Virus record (IMG/VR): IMGVR_UViG_3300017691_000003
Span: 1-41,262 of that record
DNA length: 41,262 nucleotides
From: a virus
Direction: 5' to 3' (one strand)
Shown here in pieces: positions 32,168 through 39,770 of this stretch. Under the pieces are notes generated by a model. It did not search any database, was not told where the DNA came from, and saw only the letters and a list, made by a program, of their open reading frames with translations. Both the position numbers and the translations under genes were made by a program. Positions within the stretch are counted from its first letter, which is position 1, and each line of letters starts with the position of its first letter.

Positions 32168-32583
32168 GCTGCTTCCTCCATCGGCATCGCCTGTCGCCAC
32201 GCTGCCGCCAGTTTGTCAGGGTCGTTGATCCAGAACGCGCCCGTCTCCAGCTGACGCCGCAACAGCGCACGGCATCCGTCCGCAGCCTTGCGCCGTGTCT
32301 CCATGCCATCCGCCAGGATGCGACGAGCGGCCTTGTCCCGACTTGTGCGTCGGTTGGTCAGCGTCGTCCTGCCCGTGCTGGTGATGGTGACAGAGCGAAC
32401 ACCGCCCCGACTGTGGACCGTGAGGAAGCCACCCTTCTCCAAGTCGGCAAGGCGGTCGCTACAAAACCGCTCGGATCGGCCGAGTTCTGCGGCCATGTCC
32501 TGATTGCTCGGGCAGGGCTGGTTGTCCTCGGCGGCGATTTTCACCATGCGGTAGATGGCTAGGGTCTCGTCATCGATTGTCAC
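32164..32583 (-). CDS. Winged-helix (MarR-like) DNA-binding protein
   Basis: 139 aa from GTG 32583 (GAGGAAG about 9 nt upstream). PSNQDMAAELGRSERFCSDRLADLEKGGFLTV. The upstream part of the track ORF looks non-coding. Confidence 0.5.
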   Translation of the reverse strand: MTIDDETLAIYRMVKIAAEDNQPCPSNQDMAAELGRSERFCSDRLADLEKGGFLTVHSRGGVRSVTITSTGRTTLTNRRTSRDKAARRILADGMETRRKAADGCRALLRRQLETGAFWINDPDKLAAAWRQAMPMEEAA

Positions 32584-32597
32584 GGGTGAAACTTCCT

Positions 32598-32774
32598 CTA
32601 GAGCTTGATGAGCGTGGAATCGGCGCGGACTTTTGATCCAGTGCGCGGTATCTTGCCGTTGAAGCTGAAACGCGGCCGATACAAACGACGAGGGTCGATC
32701 ACAGCGTGAAACCCGAAAGTGCCGTTCTGCGCCTTGATCCAAGCGGCGGGAAGCGGACTGACGATGGCTTTCAT
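32598..32774 (-). CDS. 58-aa basic ORF
   Basis: MKAIVSPLPAAWIKAQNGTFGFHAVIDPRRLYRPRFSFNGKIPRTGSKVRADSTLIKL*. ATGA junction upstream. Confidence 0.4.
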   Translation of the reverse strand: MKAIVSPLPAAWIKAQNGTFGFHAVIDPRRLYRPRFSFNGKIPRTGSKVRADSTLIKL

Positions 32775-32905
32775 GGCTCGCGGCCGTAATGGAAGCCATC
32801 GTCTGCTTCGTAGCCGATCGGTGCCAGCCATTGGAGCAGCGGATTGACGCAGAACCGCCAGATTACCCACACGAAAAACGCGACGGCAAGAATGTCCCAG
32901 ATCAT
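32771..32905 (-). CDS. 44-aa ORF with N-terminal TMD
   Basis: MIWDILAVAFFVWVIWRFCVNPLLQWLAPIGYEADDGFHYGREP*. ATGA junctions at both ends. Confidence 0.45.
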   Translation of the reverse strand: MIWDILAVAFFVWVIWRFCVNPLLQWLAPIGYEADDGFHYGREP

Positions 32906-33102
32906 TGTGAAGCCCTTTCTTTCTCGATGCGATCAAGCGCGGTTTCCATGCGAACCAGCACGTCTACGCTAACCGAACCACGAGCCTTCGCCCGCGACCA
33001 TGTTTGAGGATATACCCCTGCGGTATCGCATACCTGGGATAGCGTCTTGCGAGAGGCGAAGGCCCGGCGCTCGACATCGGCGATGGCTGATTGCTTGTCC
33101 AT
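32902..33102 (-). CDS. Cro/CI-type HTH regulator, first gene of the leftward operon
   Basis: 66 aa. RKTLSQVCDTAGVYPQTWSRAKARGSVSVDVL is an HTH pattern. No SD before the ATG. A -10-like TAAGTT ends 6 nt before the ATG (possible leaderless mRNA). Confidence 0.65.
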   Translation of the reverse strand: MDKQSAIADVERRAFASRKTLSQVCDTAGVYPQTWSRAKARGSVSVDVLVRMETALDRIEKERASQ

Positions 33103-33214
33103 GCCGTCAACTTAGCGGCAAAAAAACCTACGTCTAGTGCTAATTCCGTGTTGACAGCCGATTACGTCAAGCGTACCTAGAGGTCATACCAACCCCGCCA
33201 CCAAGGAGGCACAC
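33103..33214. promoter_or_regulatory. Divergent early promoter / switch region
   Basis: Plus strand: TTGACA (33151-56), 17 nt, TACCTA (33174-79), then AAGGAGG and ATG 33215. Minus strand: TAGACG (33136-31), 16 nt, TAAGTT (33114-09), 6 nt, ATG 33102. Repeated TACGTC and ACCTA words may be operator half-sites. Confidence 0.5.
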
Positions 33215-33487
33215 ATGGCTCGCACTGCTCACCAGCTCGAAATTCTTTCTGACGCTTTCGACGCGGTGACGCGCGCTGGCGATTTCGAGACGACGGCTGA
33301 TCCGCGCGGTTACATCCGCGCCGAGCAGCGCCTACTCGACGCGTGCATCGACGCGGGTATGCCGCTTGATCACGCCTCGCCCAGCATCTGGGCAGCGACC
33401 GCGATGTGGGCGGCGACCGTACCCCCGGTGACGGGCCTCCACGCCGGCTTCGGCTACGCGCGCAACTACGCGATCAACGCCGCCTAA
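33215..33487 (+). CDS. Hypothetical protein, first gene of the rightward operon
   Basis: 90-aa ORF with a strong SD (AAGGAGG). Confidence 0.6.
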   Translation: MARTAHQLEILSDAFDAVTRAGDFETTADPRGYIRAEQRLLDACIDAGMPLDHASPSIWAATAMWAATVPPVTGLHAGFGYARNYAINAA

Positions 33488-33557
33488 CCCCACCGGGTCG
33501 GGCGTATCCCGATCCTCCCCAATACTGCGTCTCTGACGCTCTGCTCTGGAGGTTTCG

Positions 33558-33761
33558 ATGCGTATAGCGCTGACCATCTTGGTCGCCTCTACAATTACGT
33601 TTCTAGTCGCCTTGTTCATCAGCAAGGCTCGCAGCGAAAGCGATCCGTTGGCCCTGCGCTATGAGTCGCTTTGGATCACGCTGCCGGGCGTAACGTCTTT
33701 TACGCTAATTCCTATTAGCGCCTTTGCGGTTTTCATTTGTGTCATTTGGGGGATTGCATGA
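33558..33761 (+). CDS. Small 2-TMD membrane protein (lower-GC gene)
   Basis: 67 aa. IALTILVASTITFLVALFI and FTLIPISAFAVFICVIWGI. Visibly less GC-rich than its surroundings. Confidence 0.6.
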   Translation: MRIALTILVASTITFLVALFISKARSESDPLALRYESLWITLPGVTSFTLIPISAFAVFICVIWGIA

Positions 33762-33925
33762 CCTCCACACAGCCACGCGCCGATCGGGCCGCAGAGTGGG
33801 CGCGCTACCGTGCCTCTTGGAAGTCACCCGCACCCGAGACGCTAGACCCATACCCGGATGATCGCGACCCCGAGGAAGACGCAATGTATTTCCGGGCAGC
33901 ACCTTACGGAGGCAAACCAGTATGA
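33758..33925 (+). CDS. Hypothetical protein
   Basis: 55 aa from ATG 33758 (ATGA junction). Confidence 0.45.
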   Translation: MTSTQPRADRAAEWARYRASWKSPAPETLDPYPDDRDPEEDAMYFRAAPYGGKPV

Positions 33926-34065
33926 CACCGACATTCACCGCCGCCGATCGCCAGCGCGTATTCGAGCGCATCCTGATCGACCTAGAGCGCCAGTGCGCGG
34001 CTGACCGTCCCGCTCGGGTTGCTCGTCAACGGGTGATCGACAGCATGAAGGGAGAGAAGGCGTGA
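33922..34065 (+). CDS. 47-aa ORF
   Basis: MTPTFTAADRQRVFERILIDLERQCAADRPARVARQRVIDSMKGEKA*. ATGA junction upstream and GTGA downstream. Confidence 0.45.
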   Translation: MTPTFTAADRQRVFERILIDLERQCAADRPARVARQRVIDSMKGEKA

Positions 34066-34400
34066 CGAAGCTTAGCGTGTCAGAAATCCTTGATCGTGCC
34101 GCCGCTGTTATTGAGCCGGAGGGGGCATGGACACAGGGTGTTTACGCCAAAGATGCTAAGGGGCATACAACTAGCCCTGTCAGTCGCATAAATCCGCCTG
34201 TATGCTTTTGCATGCTGGGCGCAGTGATGCGTGCTGCTGGCACGTCTCGTGATGATTCGAGGCCTCTAAAGTTTCTCGAACTACACGGCGGATATGCGGG
34301 TCGTCATTGGGCATGGAACGATTCAGTTCATCGTACGCAGCCCGAAGTGGTCGCTAAGCTCCGAGAAGCGGCAAGCCTTGCGCGAGAGAAGGGGCTATGA
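34062..34400 (+). CDS. Hypothetical protein (DUF6197-like pattern; lower-GC gene)
   Basis: 112 aa. GAWTQGVYAKDAKG...VCFCMLGAV resembles the W.qG....d..G......C..GA pattern. Family assignment is tentative. Confidence 0.5.
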   Translation: MTKLSVSEILDRAAAVIEPEGAWTQGVYAKDAKGHTTSPVSRINPPVCFCMLGAVMRAAGTSRDDSRPLKFLELHGGYAGRHWAWNDSVHRTQPEVVAKLREAASLAREKGL

Positions 34401-34546
34401 GCCGCTTCACCCGCTCCGAACCCGACTACTCACCCCCGCTATCCCAATGGCAGCGTGACCGTATGCGGGGGCATCTGCTTCCGATGGACGCGCCGGGCAA
34501 TCAGCACTCGTGGATCGTGCGGGCTATCAAGAGGATGTTTCGATGA
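34397..34546 (+). CDS. 49-aa ORF
   Basis: MSRFTRSEPDYSPPLSQWQRDRMRGHLLPMDAPGNQHSWIVRAIKRMFR*. ATGA junctions at both ends. Confidence 0.4.
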   Translation: MSRFTRSEPDYSPPLSQWQRDRMRGHLLPMDAPGNQHSWIVRAIKRMFR

Positions 34547-35178
34547 GTGGCGTCTACAAGGCAATCGCTAAGGTCCAGGGTGATCTGGCTAAGACTGGCA
34601 TCGCTAAGAACCGCAAAAACACACAAGGCAGCGGCTATAACTTCCGCGGTATTGATGACGTATATGCGGCGCTATCCCCCCTCTTGGCGGAGCATGGTTT
34701 GGTCATTGTGCCGCGTGTTGTCGAGCGCGAGCAGGTGGAACGGGCAAGTAAAAGCGGCGGCATGCTGTTCTATACTACCGTCAAAGCCGAGTTCGATTTT
34801 GTTGCGGTTGAGGACGGATCGGTTCATACTGCTTCGACCTATGGCGAGGCTATGGATAGCGGCGACAAGTCCACCAACAAGGCTATGAGCGCCGCGTACA
34901 AGTATGCGGCCTTCATGACGTTTGCCATCCCCACCGAGGGAGACAACGATGCTGATGCCGCAACGCATGAGGTCATTCGCGGGCCGGTCATTTCTTCCCA
35001 GCAGGAGCAGGAACTTAACGGGTTAATCGTTACCGCTGGTACGACTGTGGCAGCCTATTGCGACCGCCTGAAAGTTGCCAGCGTGGCTTCGATTCCCGCT
35101 GCGATGTTCGAGAAATCCAAGGCCGTTCTTACTCGACGCATCGAGCAGCAGGAGGCGGAGAATGGAGCAGCGCAGTGA
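34543..35178 (+). CDS. erf: ERF-family single-strand annealing protein
   Basis: GYNFRGIDDVYAALSPLLAEHGL and GEAMDSGDKSTNKAMSAAYKYAAFMTF are ERF hallmarks. Start ATG 34543 at an ATGA junction. Confidence 0.75.
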   Translation: MSGVYKAIAKVQGDLAKTGIAKNRKNTQGSGYNFRGIDDVYAALSPLLAEHGLVIVPRVVEREQVERASKSGGMLFYTTVKAEFDFVAVEDGSVHTASTYGEAMDSGDKSTNKAMSAAYKYAAFMTFAIPTEGDNDADAATHEVIRGPVISSQQEQELNGLIVTAGTTVAAYCDRLKVASVASIPAAMFEKSKAVLTRRIEQQEAENGAAQ

Positions 35179-35779
35179 CGACTGGTTCGCTACCCGCCTC
35201 GGCAAGGTAACCGCCTCCTGCATCAGCAAGGTCATGGCCCGTACGAAGACCGGCTACGGTGCCGAGCGGGCCAACTACCTGTCCCAGCTCGTCGTAGAGC
35301 GTATTACCGGAAGCCGGGAGCAGGGCTTTACCAACGCCGCTATGCAATGGGGAACCGACAAGGAACCCGATGCACGCGCAACCTACGAATTTGACCGCAA
35401 TGTCTCCGTTGTGGAGGAAGGCTTTATGCCGCATCCGACGATTGATATGGCCGGGGCATCACCAGACGGCTTGATTGGCGATGACGGCTTGGTTGAGATC
35501 AAGTGCCCAAATACCGCCACGCACATTGCAACGCTGACTGGCTCCTCAATTGACGATAAGTACGTCAAACAGATGCAGTTTCAGATGGCATGTGCAGGGC
35601 GTCAGTGGTGTGATTTCGTTTCGTATGACCCCAGGATGCCTGTCGAGATGCAGCTTCACGTTTGCCGGGTCGAGCGCGATGACGACCTGATCGCCAAAAT
35701 TGAGGAGGAGGTGAAAGCTTTTCTCTCCGAGGTCGATGCCACCGTTGCAGACCTCAACGCGCGGTATCGGAAAGCCTAA
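35162..35779 (+). CDS. YqaJ-type (lambda-Exo-like) PD-(D/E)XK exonuclease
   Basis: RSDDWFATRLGKVTAS..., GASPDGLIGDDGLVEIKCP, KYVKQMQFQMA. AGGAGG 6 nt upstream of ATG 35162. Confidence 0.75.
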   Translation: MEQRSDDWFATRLGKVTASCISKVMARTKTGYGAERANYLSQLVVERITGSREQGFTNAAMQWGTDKEPDARATYEFDRNVSVVEEGFMPHPTIDMAGASPDGLIGDDGLVEIKCPNTATHIATLTGSSIDDKYVKQMQFQMACAGRQWCDFVSYDPRMPVEMQLHVCRVERDDDLIAKIEEEVKAFLSEVDATVADLNARYRKA

Positions 35780-36084
35780 TGGCCAAGAAGCCGCCCACCG
35801 CTGCCGAGCGCGCTCACATGGCATGGGTAGGCGGCTTGCCGTGCCTTGTGTGTGGAAAGAACGCTACCGTGCATCACGTCACCGCATACGCCGACCGCAT
35901 GGGTCGACTGGCGAGGTCGCACCGCCGCGTTGTACCACTTTGCGGGCAGCACCATCAGGCTATCCACGACAAGGTGAGCGATCCGCAGTCGGTTGAGCTG
36001 CTAAGCCATCGGGGCTTTTACGCTAAGCATGGTATCGACCTGTACGCTGAGGCTGTGCGGCTTGCCGAGGAACGTGGACTGTGA
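35779..36084 (+). CDS. HNH-type nuclease (DUF968/Ref-like pattern)
   Basis: LPCLVCGKNATVHHV...RRVVPLCGQHHQAIH. TAATG junction. Confidence 0.6.
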   Translation: MAKKPPTAAERAHMAWVGGLPCLVCGKNATVHHVTAYADRMGRLARSHRRVVPLCGQHHQAIHDKVSDPQSVELLSHRGFYAKHGIDLYAEAVRLAEERGL

Positions 36085-36476
36085 CCAAGTTTCAGCCCAT
36101 CCGCCTCGTCGGGCCTCGCCAGCGGGAATACGCCCACCGTGCCGTAGAGCAAGCACCAGACGGCTACGTGGTCCGCATTGGTGCTGAGACACGCCGGGAC
36201 GCGCAGAACCGGAAGATGTGGCCGCTATTGGAGGACATTCGTCGCCAGGTGCCGGGCATGGAGGAATACACCAAGGACGACATCAAGCTCAGGTTTTTGA
36301 ATGCCCTAGGGGTCGAGATGCGGTTCCTCCCGGCGCTTGAAGGGCAGGGCGCTTTTCCGATCGGGCTGAAATCGTCCACGCTGACGGTTGAGCAGTTCTC
36401 CGGGTTGCTCGAACTTATCCAGGAATATGGGTCCCGGCATGGCGTCCGGTGGAGCGAACCGCAACAACCCGCTTGA
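36081..36476 (+). CDS. ninB: NinB/Orf-family recombination mediator
   Basis: RRDAQNRKMWPLLEDIRRQV and LTVEQFSGLLELIQEYG resemble lambda NinB. GTGA junction. Confidence 0.65.
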   Translation: MTKFQPIRLVGPRQREYAHRAVEQAPDGYVVRIGAETRRDAQNRKMWPLLEDIRRQVPGMEEYTKDDIKLRFLNALGVEMRFLPALEGQGAFPIGLKSSTLTVEQFSGLLELIQEYGSRHGVRWSEPQQPA

Positions 36477-36500
36477 CACAGCGTCATTTTGCCTTAATCT
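36473..36500 (+). promoter_or_regulatory. Internal promoter candidate: TTGACA - 16 nt - TAATCT, 7 nt before ATG 36508
   Basis: gcTTGACAcagcgtcattttgcctTAATCTctggcctATG. The -35 box overlaps the NinB stop. There is no SD before the HTH gene, so the mRNA may be leaderless. Confidence 0.4.
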
Positions 36501-36507
36501 CTGGCCT

Positions 36508-36684
36508 ATGAACGCTACAGAATTCAAATCCGTCCAAAGCCACATGGGCGTCAGCGGAACGCAGCTCGCGGCTTGGCTTAAAACCACGCCCGAGACAGTC
36601 AGCCGCTGGCGCTCCGGTGTCAGACCGATACCTGGCTCTGTGGCTCTGGCAATCAAAGCTCTTTCGGAAGGATACCGTCCATGA
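36508..36684 (+). CDS. Xre-type HTH protein (58 aa)
   Basis: MGVSGTQLAAWLKTTPETVSRWRSGVRPIP is an HTH pattern. The track N-terminal extension (36388) is rejected. Confidence 0.6.
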   Translation: MNATEFKSVQSHMGVSGTQLAAWLKTTPETVSRWRSGVRPIPGSVALAIKALSEGYRP

Positions 36685-37625
36685 CCGACACGCCTACCGA
36701 CACCGCCCCCGAGGCGATCACCCAGGCGGAGAGCCTAGACGACAAAGTCGCACCGTTTGTCGAGAGTTACGAGTTCCGGCACGACGACGGCGGGGCCTAC
36801 ACGCCCAACGACGCCGATCGCGCGATGCTCGAAGACGCGCTCCACGGCTTCATCGCCGATCACGTGCCCAAGGATGCCCACCGTCGTCTCACCTCGCACA
36901 GCGCGGGGGAGGGGCTGCGGGAGGCGGTCGCGGGCATCGTTCGGAAAGCCATCAGCTATCATGTGAACTTGGCGTCGCATCAGCGAACGAAGACGCAGTC
37001 GCAAAGTGTAGATGATGCGGCTGTTGCTGTCGTCGCCCTCCTCACCCCTCCCTCCGATGCGGGGTCCACCAGTGAACGTCCCGGTTGGGCTGCTGGCGTT
37101 ATCCATGAGCCGGGTACCGATCCTGACGAGACTCCGGGGTCCACCACGCGTTCGGGCGGGGAGGGGGTGCGGCTTCCTGAGATTACCGATCTTGTCGTTG
37201 ACTACTTTGGGCATGGGCCTTTCGCCTCGGTCGACTTTAGCTCGTCCGAAGTGCGGGAACTGTGGGGCGCTTTTGTCAGCGCCTTCGCCCTCGCCACCAC
37301 CTCTTCGCCCGATGCTTCACCCGATAGCGGGGAGACAGGGCACCGGAACATCCACGGCGAGCCGATCCCCGACGTGCCGCTGACCCCGTATGCCGATCCT
37401 GACCCCTCCCCGGCGATCGTGAAGGAGGCGGGGGAGGTCGAGCGGCTGCGGGAGGCGCTGGAGCCTTTCGCCGACGCGCTAGGCGACGATGACCGAGACG
37501 AGCCCGATCACACCTCCGCCACTCTCGTTTGCGGCCGGAGCACAGATTATTCGCTCGACCTAGGCGACTTCCGCAACGCCCGCGCCGCCCTGTCCGCGAG
37601 CAATGCCGCGCAGGTGTCGAAGTGA
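36681..37625 (+). CDS. Acidic 314-aa protein, function unknown
   Basis: Long ORF, ATGA junction. Clearly more Asp/Glu than Lys/Arg, with Pro/Ser/Thr-rich linkers. Confidence 0.6.
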   Translation: MTDTPTDTAPEAITQAESLDDKVAPFVESYEFRHDDGGAYTPNDADRAMLEDALHGFIADHVPKDAHRRLTSHSAGEGLREAVAGIVRKAISYHVNLASHQRTKTQSQSVDDAAVAVVALLTPPSDAGSTSERPGWAAGVIHEPGTDPDETPGSTTRSGGEGVRLPEITDLVVDYFGHGPFASVDFSSSEVRELWGAFVSAFALATTSSPDASPDSGETGHRNIHGEPIPDVPLTPYADPDPSPAIVKEAGEVERLREALEPFADALGDDDRDEPDHTSATLVCGRSTDYSLDLGDFRNARAALSASNAAQVSK

Positions 37626-38281
37626 GGGGGGTGGAGCGAACGGTAGCCGCTCTCTATGTCGAGAAGGACGGCTGTTACTTTGGCTTGCCCGACGTCGATC
37701 CGTGGGATGAAGTGCGTGACGCCCGCCTGTATCCAGGGCCGCATCCGGTCGTCGTCCACTCACCATGCCAACGCTGGGGAAAGCTGTGGGCAGGGCAGCC
37801 CCTGCACATCAAGCGAACGGGCGAGCGAAAGCGCAAGGGTGCCGATGACGGCTGCTTCAAAGCCGGGCTGTTCGACGCACGCCGCTGGGGCGGGATCATG
37901 GAGCATCCGTGGGGCTCGCACGCGTGGTCGTTTTTCGGCCTGACGCTGCCTTCCCGGGCTGGCGGATGGGTGCGCGCCGACGATTATGGTGGGTGGACGT
38001 GCTGCGTCGAGCAGGGCCGATATGGGCACTACGCTCGTAAGCCGACCCTGTTGCTGGCCTACGGGTGCGACGTTCCCGAACTTGATTGGGGCATCGGCGA
38101 ACCACGCTTGGACCCGGTCATCGTGCAGCGCATGGGGCTCGTCCGCGCCAAGCGCCTCGGAGAGGTTGGGGGTAAGGGTGGCGGCACAGATAGCACGCCG
38201 CGCATCGGCACCCCGCCCCCGTTTCGCGACCTCCTGCTCTCGATTGCGCGCACCGCCCAACTGAAGGACTTGGCCGCATGA
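37622..38281 (+). CDS. Minimal cytosine-C5-methyltransferase-like protein (no recognisable SAM loop, no TRD-sized insert)
   Basis: VVVHSPCQRWGKL resembles motif IV (PCQ). GGIMEHPWGS resembles motif VI (ENV). QGRYGHYARKPTLLLAYG resembles motif VIII. The N-terminal AALYVEKDGCYFGL sits where FxGxG should be. GTG 37622 forms GTGA with the upstream stop (alternative start GTG 37631). Confidence 0.45.
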   Translation: MRGVERTVAALYVEKDGCYFGLPDVDPWDEVRDARLYPGPHPVVVHSPCQRWGKLWAGQPLHIKRTGERKRKGADDGCFKAGLFDARRWGGIMEHPWGSHAWSFFGLTLPSRAGGWVRADDYGGWTCCVEQGRYGHYARKPTLLLAYGCDVPELDWGIGEPRLDPVIVQRMGLVRAKRLGEVGGKGGGTDSTPRIGTPPPFRDLLLSIARTAQLKDLAA

Positions 38282-38715
38282 CCCCACCATCGAACGCGGG
38301 CGGAGAGGGGCGGGAGGTGCTGGCGCGCGAGGTGCTGGCCGACGCGATGGATAGCTGCATCTCACCTCATGCAAATGAGATAGCCTTCCTGGCCCGGCAT
38401 AGTCGCGACCTATCGCCCAATCAAACTACAGCGACGATCATCGCCGCCATGCTCGCCTTCAGCGCCCGCGAGAACGCCGACGATCGCGCCCCCGCTCTCG
38501 TGGAAGCCGCTGTTGCGGAGATGCGGGAGCGGGCGGCGAAGGTGGCGGAGTACGGTTTTCGTTGCCGCACGTGTCTAGCAGTCTTCAATGGAGATGAGGG
38601 TCATCCGGAGCCTGAATGCGCGCTGCCCAATTGGGATTCGCTGCCCGCAGACGAGGCTGGAGAAGCCATCCGCGCCCTCGGAACCCCCTTGCAGGAGGCG
38701 TCCAATGTCGGTTGA
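38278..38715 (+). CDS. Hypothetical protein
   Basis: 145-aa ORF, ATGA junction. Contains FRCRTC...EPEC. Confidence 0.55.
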   Translation: MTPPSNAGGEGREVLAREVLADAMDSCISPHANEIAFLARHSRDLSPNQTTATIIAAMLAFSARENADDRAPALVEAAVAEMRERAAKVAEYGFRCRTCLAVFNGDEGHPEPECALPNWDSLPADEAGEAIRALGTPLQEASNVG

Positions 38716-38992
38716 TGTGAAAGAGATCGCGGGGCTGACGTGGGAGGATCGCGAGCTGATCCAGAACCTGCGGGACGACGAGTGGCTTCGGCCTATGGAT
38801 CTCGGCGGACGCGACGGCAGTGGCCATTGCGGGCGGCTCCAGAAGCTCATCCGCAAAGGGCTGGCGAGGCGCGTCCGCCGAGACAGCATCGCCAACGACA
38901 TGCGGAGTCGGCGTGGCTCGTACGTCTACCAGCGCACTCCCGAAGGTTCCTTGCTCGCCGCCCGCCTTCTCGCAACGGAGCCAACCGCATGA
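38705..38992 (+). CDS. Winged-helix-like small protein
   Basis: 95 aa. AGGAGG 6 nt upstream of ATG 38705. GHCGRLQKLIRKGLARRV. Confidence 0.5.
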   Translation: MSVDVKEIAGLTWEDRELIQNLRDDEWLRPMDLGGRDGSGHCGRLQKLIRKGLARRVRRDSIANDMRSRRGSYVYQRTPEGSLLAARLLATEPTA

Positions 38993-39156
38993 CCCGATCT
39001 CGCCAGTACGATGATCGTGGCGTACGCACTGTCCCCGCTGATCGTGATTACCCTGGCCTAACCGAAGTCCGTACCAGTGATGGGCGTACGATTGCGGCTA
39101 TCGGGCTGGGGAGGGAGATAGAGGCGGCTTTGCTGGCGATGGCGACGGGTCGCTAG
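38989..39156 (+). CDS. 55-aa ORF
   Basis: MTRSRQYDDRGVRTVPADRDYPGLTEVRTSDGRTIAAIGLGREIEAALLAMATGR*. ATGA junction. Confidence 0.45.
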   Translation: MTRSRQYDDRGVRTVPADRDYPGLTEVRTSDGRTIAAIGLGREIEAALLAMATGR

Positions 39157-39190
39157 GCGCTCTTGCCAAACCTATCGCCTGTGATACAAC

Positions 39191-39242
39191 GAGAGCGTCG
39201 GAGGCTTGGTGGTACTCGCCTCAACGACGCTCTCTAACGGCA
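39191..39242 (+). promoter_or_regulatory. Two-tier hairpin plus UCUAACGGCA element (copy on the plus strand)
   Basis: GAGAGCGTCG-GAGGC-ttggtggtactc-GCCTC-aa-CGACGCTCTC-TAACGGCA, then TGGAGG and GTG 39255. Same architecture and 3' flank as 26306..26355. Confidence 0.6.
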
Positions 39243-39254
39243 TGGAGGTGCCGC

Positions 39255-39770
39255 GTGGCTTTGCTTTACATCCCGTCTACGTTCCCGGCAAGAGAGCCGG
39301 ACCCGCTTGTGTATTTTGTGAAGGCGGATCGCGACGTACCCGACAGCCTTATTAAAATCGGGTTTAGTACGAACCTGCCCCTTAGGCTGGAGACGTTCAA
39401 AACCACAACTCCCCGGCATGATCTGCTAGGCTGCACCCCAGGCGGCATTCAGACCGAGAGGGCGCTGCATAAGTTCTTCGCGCCATACAGGCAAGCCGGA
39501 GAGTGGTTCACACCATCGCCAATTATCACAACCGTAGCGCGGTATTGCTCTGACACGGGTCATTTGCCTGACTACCTTGCAGCTTACGTCACAGCGTTCA
39601 ATGTTAGACGAGAAGCGGAGGCGGCGGAGAAGGCCGCAATGTCTCTGGCTAGCACGGCGCTAAACAGGTTTCGGTATAAGGATCACGGGGAGGAGACGGT
39701 TTCTCTCGTGGAAGCCGAGCACAAGCGGTTTGCTCGCCAAGCCCACCCCACTCCCCCTCACTTAGCCTAA
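39255..39770 (+). CDS. T5orf172 (GIY-YIG-superfamily, MUG113-like) domain protein; low-GC gene
   Basis: LVYFVKADRDVPDSLIKIGFSTNLPLRLETF...ERALHKFFAPYRQAGEWF. GGAGG 6 nt upstream of GTG 39255. Confidence 0.65.
   Translation: MALLYIPSTFPAREPDPLVYFVKADRDVPDSLIKIGFSTNLPLRLETFKTTTPRHDLLGCTPGGIQTERALHKFFAPYRQAGEWFTPSPIITTVARYCSDTGHLPDYLAAYVTAFNVRREAEAAEKAAMSLASTALNRFRYKDHGEETVSLVEAEHKRFARQAHPTPPHLA

Noticed and set aside
33166-33171. Alternative leftward promoter using TTGACG (reverse complement of 33166-33171), which forms an inverted repeat with the rightward TTGACA.
   Set aside because: No acceptable -10 sits at 16-18 nt (GGAATT only). The TAGACG-16-TAAGTT arrangement abutting the Cro-like ATG fits better. 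The TTGAC/GTCAA symmetry may still be an operator.
33488-33557. Weak hairpins in the 70-nt gap after the first rightward gene (GGTCGGG-cgtat-CCCGATC; GCGTC-tct-GACGC).
   Set aside because: The stems are short and contain wobble pairs. There is no U-tract and no similarity to the conserved TCTAACGGCA element.
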